From positions 1,486,911-1,550,910 of the forward strand of contig MU058531.1 in the NCBI GenBank assembly GCA_013265495.1: a stretch of 64,000 nucleotides of DNA, given 5' to 3'. Both the position numbers and the translations under genes were made by a program. This document shows positions 26,230-37,790 of this stretch, in pieces. The notes under the pieces are model-generated. The model was not told the origin of the DNA and did not search any database. It worked only from the letters and a program-made list of their open reading frames with translations. Position 1 is the stretch's first letter, and every line of letters begins with the position of its first letter. Source of the DNA: Vicugna vicugna. Taxonomy: Eukaryota.

Positions 26230-26428
26230 CAGCAGTCACCAAACTTCTTCTGCCAAATAGTAGATTATAAGTGTTTTTGGCTCTTTGGGCTGTACAGTTT
26301 CTGGTCTACCATTATAGCACAAGACAGCCTTAGAAACTATATAAATGAAGGGTTGTGTCTGTGTCCCAAAAGCTTATTCACAAGCATAGGCAACATTTGT
26401 CCCACAGGCCATAGTTTGCTGGTGCCTG
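26230..26428. mobile_element. MER58-like hAT MITE
   Basis: cagcagtcaccaaacttcttctg…ggctctttgggctgtaca…cccacaggccatagtttgctggtgcctg. Confidence 0.7.
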
Positions 26429-28322
26429 ATCTAACACAGCAGTCACTCACGTGTGCACGTACATGCATACACTCACTCCTTTTCTCCCTTTTTCTGTAGA
26501 TAAAGTGGTTGTCCTTTATATATAGTATTAAAAGAATGGGTGTTATAGCGAAAGGGCTTCACCAGAAATGATTTATTATGACAATATAATAGATTTTCAA
26601 AAAACTTGACCAAATTCTTTGTTATCCTGCACCTGATAGCCACACTTAAAGTTTGGATTAAACCAGCAAGACTGTCACAGACATAATTTGTTCCCAGACC
26701 ATGAGATATCCTGCCAAATGCATTATCTAAAAGAGACTGACCAAGAAATATGGTGTGGATATAAGTAACCTAAAACCCCAGGTTAGTTCATAAATTGGTT
26801 CAAGCCTCCAGGGATCCTTTCTCCCAGAATTGGCCTAAAACAGAGACTGGCCTTCTGGACATATCTCAGTCCACATCTGAACACTCAGAACTGAATAAGA
26901 ATTCCATTTCTGGGGAACTTGGTCAGTCTAATGGGTATTTTCTTGACCAAATTTGTTCTACAAACACACCTTTTGTCCCACTTTAATATAATTTTAATGT
27001 AGACAAAAACCACAAAACAATTCCAAGAGTTATTGTGCATATTTCAGTGACATATTTTAATCCTCTAACCACTGTGCCATATTGTTAGTGTCCCAAAAAT
27101 GAGTTCCAGAGGTTTGAGCCTATGATCCCTTCAGCCCTTGGGAAGCCAGTCTGGACCTAGAGAGGGACCTGGAGGCCCAGGGCAAGTCACATGTCTGGCC
27201 ATGGGCGGCCTCATCTGTTTTCTCAGTGTGTCAGACACACGGTATCATTTGCCTGTGTGCCATGACTAGGGAAAGGTTGAGACACACTGTTTTAAAGCAC
27301 ATAATAAGAGCAACATCCATCCTGCTAAAAGAAGTTCATTACATTTCTTTTCACTTCCAAATTTTTAGTGAGCACTTAGTGATTCAAAATTATTGCACAG
27401 TAGTACTCGTGAGCAGTGTATTACTGCCTTTTAATGGTTTCGTTCCAAAGGGAAAGCCATTTTATTTTCAGTTTGCACTAGGGCTGTCTCCTTTTTCCCC
27501 ATAATGCCTGCCTTGCACCCAGTGGTCACAGATGTGCTGCTTGACTACTTGGATGTGTTCCAGCTATAACCGATGGGGTCACTGCAGCCACTTCTGCTGG
27601 GAGTCTAACTCCTGAGTGTCATTGCCACCATACTAGTTCTGTCTAAATGCGTTTCTCTCAGTGAAGTTTGTGGCTCTTTTACAAAGCAATGAATGTGATC
27701 GCTGACCCCAGAAAAAAGTTATTTTCATAACCTTGGTTTGGTTTTTACAGATACATATCATTTCATATTTCTGTAGCATTAAATACAATGCTAAAGCAAC
27801 ACACTTTTTCTTAACTTTCATTTTATTCTCTTAAATTTATTACTTCACTTTTCCTACTGTAGTTATTGCTAGAATTCCTGATTTCTGAAGCTCACACATC
27901 AGAAATACCCATATAATAGTGGAGTCTTATGTTAATTTCTGCACATGAATTTTCTGTCCTAATCCTTCATCAGGACTTCTGCCTTCTGGTTCTGGTGTTG
28001 TCCATATTTTTCACAGGTAATGATGTACAAGTGACTGTGTAAACTGAAATTACTGTCTATAAACAATGTAAGTAGATTAGCGCTTATTTCAGAACATTAG
28101 ATGTAGCTTCCTCTAGAGAATAAAGGCACTGCACATCTACTAATGGAACATACTTCACAGGGCTGTGGGGATTAAATGGTGCACATAAAATCATTTTGTA
28201 AGTGGTAAAACACAATACAAAAGTAATGTTTAATATTGTTAGAAGGGGTACCTTAGATTCCCTTAGTATAATTTTGCTAAAAATACACCATTTTGCTTTT
28301 TCTGTTTTCACTTGTTGAGCAG

Positions 28323-28419
28323 GTTTTCCTTCTGTCAGTACCCATTCGTTATTTCTATAGCTGCAAAAAAAATCATTATTCAAAGAGACTCAGAACAACA
28401 GATGATAAGCATCGCAAGG
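28323..28419 (+). CDS. HECTD2: HECTD2 exon 11 (97 nt)
   Basis: gagcag|G FSFCQYPFVISIAAKKIIIQRDSEQQMISIAR|gtaagc. Confidence 0.95.
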
Positions 28420-31400
28420 GTAAGCCAGCTATGAAAACATTTATGCTGACTATAATCAATATAGTAAATAATTGAACAAATAAGTCAACTGTCTTGTGAA
28501 TTGTTCTAGCATAACCAGGAAATGTTAAAAGTAAAATTTATATTATACTCCCTCAAAAAGTGCTTAAACCTACCTATTCATGATGTGGGAAAAAGATACC
28601 CCTCATCAGCTTCTCATTATATCGTAAATGCATAGCAGGAAGATCAGATGCCTCTCACAGATCCGAAGTCCTGGGAGCTTGTTGGACATTATTCTGTAGA
28701 TCCCATCCTCCGGGGAAACTCGCAGAGCAAGGGTGAGAACTACATTGAGGACAAGGGAAGGCCTGTCCTTAACAGCAAACCACTCAGACCACTGACACGT
28801 GTTCTAGGTTTTACAACAAACAAATAGAGACAAACGAAAAATTAGAAGATGTAGCAAAAGATATAATCTTGGAAAACTGAGAAATATATCCCAAGAAGAT
28901 GAGAGATGTTTTACTGATTCTTAGGAGACCACGTGCACGGAGGCTCATTGAAACCGGGGGAGCAGGCAGGCTGGCGTGAGGCACCTTATGGAGCAGGATG
29001 AAGTTGGTCTCTGGGCCTGTCGTTTCTACTCGCTACCACTTGTGTTTTCAGCACAGCACAGTTATGGCCTTGCTCTAAATACAGACCAGATTGACCCAGC
29101 TTTAAAAAAAAAAAAAAAAAGCTAGAGCTCTAAACTGTACATTTAAATGCTCATGTATTTTGAAGATCTGCTTTTGTGACATGATTACTTACAACTTTTA
29201 AACTTAGAGGGAAGGTTGGTTGTAGTCTCCTTCAAATAAAGAGACCCAAGAGACTTCAAAATACCATAAAAAGTAAGAGTTGTTTAGCTCTAAAATGAGA
29301 AGGTGGTAGTTAGAAAACGGGATGTTTAAAGTCAAGATTTTTGAAGTAATACGGTTATTGATGACAGAGTTGGTCAGTGTTTCTCATACCTTTTGGGCTG
29401 CACCCAGTAAATAATATGATTTTCAAAACAATTTAGTGTGCCCATGCATAAATGGTATATAACTGAAAGAAATGTGCAAGAAACAGTGTTTACCTTACTG
29501 AATGTAATTAGCTGATACTTTAAAACCTAATCTGTGGAAGGGAAGAAAAATGGTTATAACTTACTAAATCAAATCAAAGATCAAAAAAGTGTTTATTATT
29601 CAGTAGGTCACCAGAAGGTGAGTATTTTTTTCTATCAGAGAGCGAGACAAAAGATTTAAGTGCCTCCTGACATCCCAGAGTCAGCTTACACTGATTATGG
29701 GAATATTAGAAGAAATTTTACTGCCTGTGTGTATCAAGGGAGTAACATAGCCACACTACCCCCCTGAAAAGTAAGTTTAAACAGGTATATTTAGCACCAG
29801 AATTATTAATCTTGGGTAGATACTGGCTTAAAGATTAGTCTATATAGGTAGTCATTTTGACATTTTCTGTTAGTTGCATTGATGCAATTTCATGTGCATT
29901 TTTCATACTTTTATCTACCTTGGGCTATGATTTTTCATATTAATAAGAAAAACACTAAAGAGCTAGAAGCTTATCTAAGTTCCCCTGAGCAGTTTTCTGC
30001 TGTGTCACTGACACGTAAGATGTTAAGTATCTTCTTTTGTGAAACTTTTCTTCCAATTAAAAGGAGAGTGGCAGCTGTAGATTGTGTCACAGGCTGAGTC
30101 TTCCACAGAGCACAGAAACAGATGAGTACAGACTGAAAGAGTCAAGTGGGATTACCAGTTATGGATGTTTCCCAACATTTTAACTGATGAACTGCCATAC
30201 CACTTGGAATTAATGGCTGGTGACTATTTTGACCCAAGGACAGCCCTATAGGTAGTTAATGTAAGCAAGAATTTATGTAGCATAATCTGAAGTTGCAAGA
30301 GATTCCTTAACCTAAAAATAACTTCCTCATCAGACTATGTCTAAAATTCTACCATCGTTGAGTTATTTCTTTCATTAGAAGCGCTTTCTATTCAGTATGA
30401 ATTCCTGATGGAAGGAATAGCCCTAAGCCTTGTCTTCCATGAGCATCCTAGTTTAAATTTGTGTGTTGGGTATTTCCAGTGTGACAGCTTCCCAGGAGCT
30501 AGACTGGGAACAGCAGATAGGAAAGGGTTGGAAAACAGGTCCATGACAGAGGATACTATCCTGGAAATACAGATCTGCTTGAGCACTAAAGGGAGGACCC
30601 ATAGAAGAAAAAACTATTAAAAACCTTTAAAGTTGGATATTGGAGAGATAAAGAAGGGCTTTGAATCAGTGTTTTATTATAGTAATCTACAAAATAATGA
30701 AAGTCACCTTATTATATATATTTGAGGTATTAAAATTTGATCTATAAAGCTTATTGCTGCAGATATTTAAAATGTCTGAAATGTTCATCTTTAACTTGCA
30801 CAATAATTCATTTTCTTTGTACCAAAGAAGATCATATAGTTTGAAAAAGCTTTAGATTCAATTCACTATGCAAGCAGATAGACTTTATATGATAAATGAT
30901 ATTGATATTTTCCTTATATTTTGAAAGTCATCCATATTTCCATTGCCCAAACATAACTATTCTTAACATTTTAGTAAATTTTCTTTTGATATTTTTATCT
31001 GTATTATCTATATTATACATCTTTAAAAGGCAATGAAGTAGAAGCAGTATTGTATGTGCTATTTTGTTCCCCCTTTTTCCAGTTGTGCCTGCCTTAAACA
31101 TTTTCTGTGTTATTTACATAGTTTTTATGACCGTTATTTTTAATAAGTGTATTATCTTCCATTAGGTAGATACATATTTAGGATATTTCTAGAGGTTTGC
31201 CTTTATAAATGATGTTGTGATGAACATCTCACTGTATTTTCTGTATTTAGAATTCTCAGAAGTGAAATTACTGGGACTAAGGCTCTGAACATAGTTAATG
31301 GTTTCTGATAAATGTTGACAAATTACTTCCTAAAAGTAGACTAATTGTACTTTTAGAGTAAATTCAGTATCTAAAAAAAGCTCAAGCAAATTTTATCATC

Positions 31401-31748
31401 AAAAATATATACCTTGTTTCAAACATTCCCACTTTATGCTTGTATTTATTAATCAGAAAACCTTGCTACTTAAGAGATGAAACATATAGAAGCTATAATA
31501 CAACATTCTTTACTATAGGTGGTGAATTATTTTTGGTCCTCCATTTTGGACCCCCTTTGGTTACCATTGTTCCAAAATGAAATAAGCATAAGGCATTTTC
31601 ATAAATCAAAGTTTGTGTAATTGAGTTCATGAAATTGTTTAAGAGATGCATAGAGAAGAATATGTGATTTTTACTAACGTGTTTAAATGTTTTAAATGAA
31701 ATTATAGTTTAAGTAAAAATGAAAATGTTTGCTTTCTTTTTTAATCAG

Positions 31749-31856
31749 CAAAGTCTGGTGGATAAAGTATCTCGAAGACAGAGACCTGATATGAATATGC
31801 TATTTCTAAATATGAAAGTAAGGCGGACACATCTGGTTAGCGATTCTCTTGATGAG
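31749..31856 (+). CDS. HECTD2: HECTD2 exon 12 (108 nt)
   Basis: taatcag|QSLVDKVSRRQRPDMNMLFLNMKVRRTHLVSDSLDE|gtatag. Confidence 0.95.
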
Positions 31857-32736
31857 GTATAGATCATTTATTCCAAAATGATATTAATTGATTAAAGCTT
31901 TAAATAAATTTGACAATATGGTTTATTACTAAAACCTTAGTAGTCTGACTTTTACTTCTGCATACCAGTAAGTGTGCTTTCTTATATATTTCTTTTGATA
32001 CCATAGTTAAAAACAGTTCTGTGTTCACAATTAAACCTTATGTTCATTTTTTATATGTTTATTAATGGTTTGCTGTTAAATCTTCAGAAAAAGATTTTAT
32101 GTAGGACGCTTAAGTGAGTAATTCATGTTTCTGAATATGTAACCTAGATTCTAGACCATCTTTGTTCTGGGTTTGTTGTGTAACAAGTCATTTTAACTTC
32201 TCCTAGTCCCAGACTATTCATCTGTAAAATTAAAAATCTCATCCTATGTACACGGTGTATTAGGTCTACTTAGGATGAACATACTTTGATTGTATGTACA
32301 TGTGTTATAGAGCTTCATGCTGTGTAGTTCTTTACCCATATCTTCATGTGGCTATTATAAGATAATACCTGATTTAGTTATGTGATTTTTTTGAAGTTTA
32401 GTGTTAAGGCAAGTGAAAGAAAAGGAAATGAATTACTTTATACTGTAATTTGCTAAATTAAAATCTTGGAGGCAATGATACTGAGAGGCAGTAACCTTGG
32501 GCAAGGTACTTGACCTCTCTAATTCTGTTTCTTGATCTATACAACAAACATCAGAATACTTAGTTCACACAGTGTTCAGCAGATATGTTGAATGGATGGG
32601 TGGATGGATGGATGGAGTTTTGTGCCATTTTAGATAAGATAAAGAATGCGTACATACTACATTTCCCCAAATTAAAAAAGTTAATTTCCTTTTTATTGCC
32701 CTTTGTTGTCCTCTGTTATATAATTTCTTCAAATAG

Positions 32737-32869
32737 TTAACCCGGAAAAGAGCAGACTTGAAAAAGAAGTTGAAAGTTACATTTGTAGGGGAAGCTGGTT
32801 TGGATATGGGTGGCTTGACTAAAGAATGGTTTCTTCTTCTCATTCGCCAAATTTTTCATCCAGATTATG
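32737..32869 (+). CDS. HECTD2: HECTD2 exon 13 (133 nt), HECT N-lobe
   Basis: aaatag|LTRKRADLKKKLKVTFVGEAGLDMGGLTKEWFLLLIRQIFHPDY G|gtgagt; contains the HECT signature F-x-G-E-x-G-x-D-x-G-G-x-x-x-E-W-F. Confidence 0.97.
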
Positions 32870-33754
32870 GTGAGTAAAGTTTTATAAACAGTGTTTCTTC
32901 ATAATTGTTAGATTCAAGTAGTCACTCATTTTTAATCTACCCTGTGATTTTCCAGATTTTTCGGTCAACCATAAATGTTGAATAATTTAAAGATTTATTT
33001 GCATTTTAAAAATTGACCAAATTGACAATCAAAATATTCATTATCTTACTGGGAATCCTACACAAAATGTATAAAGACTGAAAGTACGTATTTGCAAGGA
33101 AGCATCCACATCTTTTCTGAATAAGCCAAATACATAATAACTTGTCATTGAAATAAAAAGAACATTCAAAATAAAAAACAAAACTATAGTTTGCTCTTCG
33201 CTAATATTTGAAGCCTCTTAAATAATGAGCCATTTTAATAAATAAGAATCATTAAATAACCCTTTGAAATTTATTTGGTTTTCTTTTATTTAGAGACAAC
33301 ACCTAAGTAATCTTTAGTAACTGTTAAATGTTTTTCTTCAAGGAAGAGTTTTAAGTGTTTTTCTTGTTCTTTATTTATCTTAAATGTATATATATCATCT
33401 TTCTGGCAATGGGAAATAGGGATGACCCAGATAAGTTGAAATCTGCAGAAATGCTCAAAATTAATTTTGACCATAACCTGTAAAGTATAAAACTATAGTT
33501 TTTATAGAAGAAAATCAACTGATTAAATTAACTGTCTTTTTGTTCTGCATTTTCACCCTTGGTTCGGGATAGCAATGAACAATAAAATACTCTTACACAC
33601 TCTCTGGACATATATTTGATACATCTTAAAGTGAAAGATGGTTTGTTAACTATTGCTGAACTGTTTTGCCTCTAATAGATGAGATGTCATGTATATGTTT
33701 ACCACTCTGATTTTTTAAATCAATCATATTAATAAAATTGTTTCTATTTTCCAG

Positions 33755-33843
33755 GCATGTTTACATATCATAAGGATTCATACTGCCATTGGTTTAGCAG
33801 CTTTAAATGTGATAACTATTCTGAATTCCGATTGGTTGGAATT
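33755..33843 (+). CDS. HECTD2: HECTD2 exon 14 (89 nt)
   Basis: tttccag|GC MFTYHKDSYCHWFSSFKCDNYSEFRLVGI|gtatccttt. Confidence 0.95.
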
Positions 33844-36800
33844 GTATCCTTTAAACTTTCCACTAGGAGGTGCTAGTGGACTGAGGATTTTTAAAAATTC
33901 TATCTGAATTTTGGAAAACTATTCTCATTAAGCATTTTATTCAGATTAAATATTCTTGTCAAATTTACTAGTAGACTTTCAGTAATTTTTATTGTTTGTA
34001 ATATCACAGTTATACAGTATCAGCATATTTAGTTAACTGAGAGGAATAACTGAATTTTAAATATTTTTCTCTGAAAACCTTATCTCAAAATAAAAATTAT
34101 TTCCTATTTCCTATATAATGTAGATTATCAGAAATTTAAGACATTTTTTAAAAAGTCAAAGTATCTTTCCTATTCATAATTATTCTCATAATTATTTTTC
34201 TGTTCTTTCACTTTGTGTTTATTTCACTTAGTTTTCTTAATTGAAACTGTAGAAATTAAATTAAATTAAAACTCTTAATATGGCCTCAAATCCTGAGGCA
34301 GTCATAAAAATTAAAAATTGAATAGAATGGGAGCATTTGAAGCATATGGCATTACTTTACACTGTTTTTTAAGATTACATAAATTCCTATGCCATCCTCT
34401 GATCCCTGTCAGGTATATTGGAGAGGCCATCCCTGCACTGGGTGGGAGATGGGACAGGGTGCCTTCTACATCACCTTTTTAAATTCTAAAAAAATGTATT
34501 TGTGGAAGAAAGAAGGGAGAAATAAATAAATGAGCATGCACTGGAGATACATAGATTAAAAGAAGGGGAAAAAATCTACCTTTAAGAAGCTTACCGTCTA
34601 GATGGACAGATGACTACCCATGTAAGGGGTAATCTGTTCCCCGAGTCAACTGACCATTTGGCATTAAATACTGAGGAGTTCTATGAAGGAAAAGATTCAA
34701 TGTATTCCTTCAAGAGTAAGTAGAGATTTTTAAGTGCAACCAATATATTTGATTAACACAGGACTAGAGAGAGCAGGGCAGAGAGTGGGAGAATGGCTGG
34801 GGAAAAGTCCACGTGGTGCTGGCCCTATTACAGAGCAATGTGTAGGGCCACTTGGTGGGAGCAGGGGATACTCTGAGATTTATGGAAGAGCTGTCAAAGA
34901 AGAGCCACCTGACAGAGGGCTTTGAATGTCTGTCTTTGTTGCATTTGTTGGAATCAATCCTGAGGAATAAATATGAAAATTGAGAGGCGGAGTGGCAGGA
35001 AAGTTAGTAGGGAGAAAATCACACATTGAGATGGTAAAATAAATTTAAAATTTTGTATATGTTGTCATATCTAAGGTCCAAAGTGCTAAGTCCGCAGTAT
35101 GGAATGCTTAACAATTCTTAGTCTTCTGTTTTCATTCTGTTATCTACAGTAATCATTTGTTGAATGTTTCAGCCTCATTGAAGGCTTGAGTCATCGATGC
35201 TTCTCACTACAGTGTGAACTGGTTAAATTCTCTGATAAATCTGTTTGTCATATTTTACATTCTTATCATGGCTTGGATTTGGGTGTATTTTGGCTTTCTA
35301 GTATTTATAATAAACTATTAGATCTTACACCACATTTTTAGAGTGGGATTATATGTAATATCATAAATTTGCTTATAGGTTTTTTTTTGCAATAGACATT
35401 AGTTTCTATTCATCATTACCCTCAAAGAGCATATTAAGTATAATTTTCATGTTGCATATTACAAGTTAAACAGTTGAATCTAAAATTAAATTATAGCCAC
35501 TACTGTCTCATATGTATTTATCTCACAAAAAATAAATTGTAGAAAGTAAGGTTGATACTCTAAAAAGCATGATGATGTATAGAAAAAATGTGAGATAATA
35601 GTAGATTGTGATCATTTAAGTGGTTGAGAAATCTGTCAAAGGTGAGAATTAGAAACTGAGAAGTAACAGGCATGATGAGTAAGAAAATATAGTTAGTTCC
35701 ATGCATATTTCCAGTTTCTAAATTTCAGAACCAAAGTTTTATTGTTTTAGTAGGTGTGATAGTATTGTGTTTCTAATGCAATTATTTTTAAGTATTAAGG
35801 CTTGAGGTTTACAGGAAATATAGTAAAACCTATATAAATAATTGTTAACTGTTTTGAAGATTACATTAACAGCCATAATCTAACCATTTTTTTTTTAATT
35901 AGAATGGCCTACACCAAAGGGACATTGTAGCTAAGGGTAGGGGCGATATAATATTGTGCACGGTTTGCAAACTCTGGTCTGTTTGCATCACATGACACCT
36001 CAGTGGCTCCAGCAGAATCCCCACCCCCATTTCTGCTTCAACCAGAGCAGCTTGATTTAGTGTGAAACGAAACATGCTGCTTCTTCCTATGAGAGTGCCC
36101 AAAAGCAAATCCTGTGAACCTACTTCCTCACCTGTCAAAAACCTCCCTTCAGGATTGTAATTTTTTTTTAAGCTTTAATGAAAACTTGCCACCCTACTAC
36201 ATGATCATAGCTGGTGACCACAGTAGTGTTGTAGTTACTACTGTTCTTGCTGTTACCGCAATTATGGACGTACATTTGACCTTATTTTAGTGTCTTTCCC
36301 CTAGAACACACTGCTCAGTCTCTGTTGATGTGGCTACCTATAAAATAGCATATCTATTTCTTAAATTACTATTAGCCTTCATTCTGCCATAGCAAATTAA
36401 AATGTTGTCTGTCTTCTAATTTTTTTAATTGTTTTCAAGAATTTATCCAGCCCAAATGTTTAGATTTCCTTTTGAGCCTATAAAATTAATGACTTCCTTA
36501 AGAACTTAATATTATAATCTTTATTTGATAGTTGAAATATTATGAAATTTGATCTAAAATCTCTCTTTTAGCAAGTGGATAAGTTACATTCTGCCATAGA
36601 ACTGATAAACAAAATGCAGTTGGACCAAGTTTAGAAATGCTTCTATAGCTTTTTAACTTTAACACTTTGAGTAAACTCCAAGTAATGAAAGTCTTTCAAG
36701 TATTACTGTGGGACATTAATTGTGCTATTAGCTTATCAATAGTATGTGCATATGTGTACACACATCTGTGTGTGTCCCTATGTTTATTTAATACAGCTCT

Positions 36801-37248
36801 CTCTGCATAGCTTGTATTTAGTTTTTAAATGGCTAAAATGATCACCAAAATCAGTGGTGTGTTCTGCAGTGAGTTCTACTGAGTAAATTGCTGCTGTTGC
36901 CTATAAAATCATAAACATCTTTGTTTAGATTTAGAAAATGCTTTCTTATGTGTTAAATAATTTATAGAAATGTATGAAATTTCTATCTCTTGTGATCTTA
37001 GATAAACTTTCCTAGGGAAATCATTCAGTACTATCACTTGAACCTGTCCTTTTTACATGCTGTTTCGTAATCAAGGAATTACACTGTGTGAAATAAAGGG
37101 AAAATAAAGGAAAGAGGAAGTATGTGGGATTAATTAGAAAGTCAGTGTTAGATCTGGTAGAAGTATGCAAGAAATAGACTGATGCATAATTCACAACTCA
37201 TTTGTTGTCATGGATTTTATGTTAATGCTTAACATTTAGTATGCATAG
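33844..37248 (+). other. U12-type (minor spliceosome) GT-AG intron, intron 14
   Basis: Donor GTATCCTTT matches the U12 consensus RTATCCTTT. Branch site TGCTTAAC at 37226-37233 has its A 16 nt before the AG. No polypyrimidine tract. Confidence 0.93.
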
Positions 37249-37407
37249 CTTATGGGACTAGCTGTTTATAACAGCATTACCTTGGATATTCGTTTCCCGC
37301 CCTGCTGCTACAAGAAATTATTGAGCCCTCCCATCGTTCCTAGTGATCAAAATACTCCAGTGGGCATCTGCAATGTTACCACGGATGATTTATGCCAAAT
37401 TATGCCT
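37249..37407 (+). CDS. HECTD2: HECTD2 exon 15 (159 nt)
   Basis: gcatag|LMGLAVYNSITLDIRFPPCCYKKLLSPPIVPSDQNTPVGICNVTTDDLCQIMP|gtaagt. Confidence 0.95.
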
Positions 37408-37604
37408 GTAAGTATGACGTTGTTTAGCATCTTATCCCTTAATGCTAAATCATCTCTTTTCTACTGCAGTCTCTGTCCTCCTAACACAATTCTTATGTTT
37501 ACATATGGTTTCCCCCTACCTTTGTAACCCATCTCCTTTCTCATCTAGCTATTTCCTTCCCTATAGAGACACATAACCCACTTTGCAGCACTTCTGAGCT
37601 CCTA

Positions 37605-37790
37605 CAGCATAGCAGTATAGGCTTTGAGTCAGAGGCAGAGATTTGAATCCAGGCTCTGCTACTTGTTAGCTCTGTGAAATTGGATCAATTGTTTAACCTT
37701 TCTGAGCTGTAGTTTCCTCATATGAACAATGGGATAGTAAAATTTATATATTGGAGGGATTCCATGAGATAATAAGGGAGTTAGTACTTG
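37605..37790 (+). mobile_element. MIR
   Basis: ggctttgagtcaga…tttgaatccaggctctgctacttgttagctctgtga…agtttcctcatatg. Confidence 0.8.

Noticed and set aside
29604..29617. 11/14-nt microexon (cagtag|GTCACCAGAAG|gtgagt) in intron 11
   Set aside because: The donor is strong, but the pyrimidine tract is poor and both lengths break the frame; no further support.
37238..37239. Alternative acceptor AG 9 nt upstream of exon 15
   Set aside because: Only 7 nt from the U12 branch A, shorter than U12 introns normally use, and it would add an in-frame TAG.
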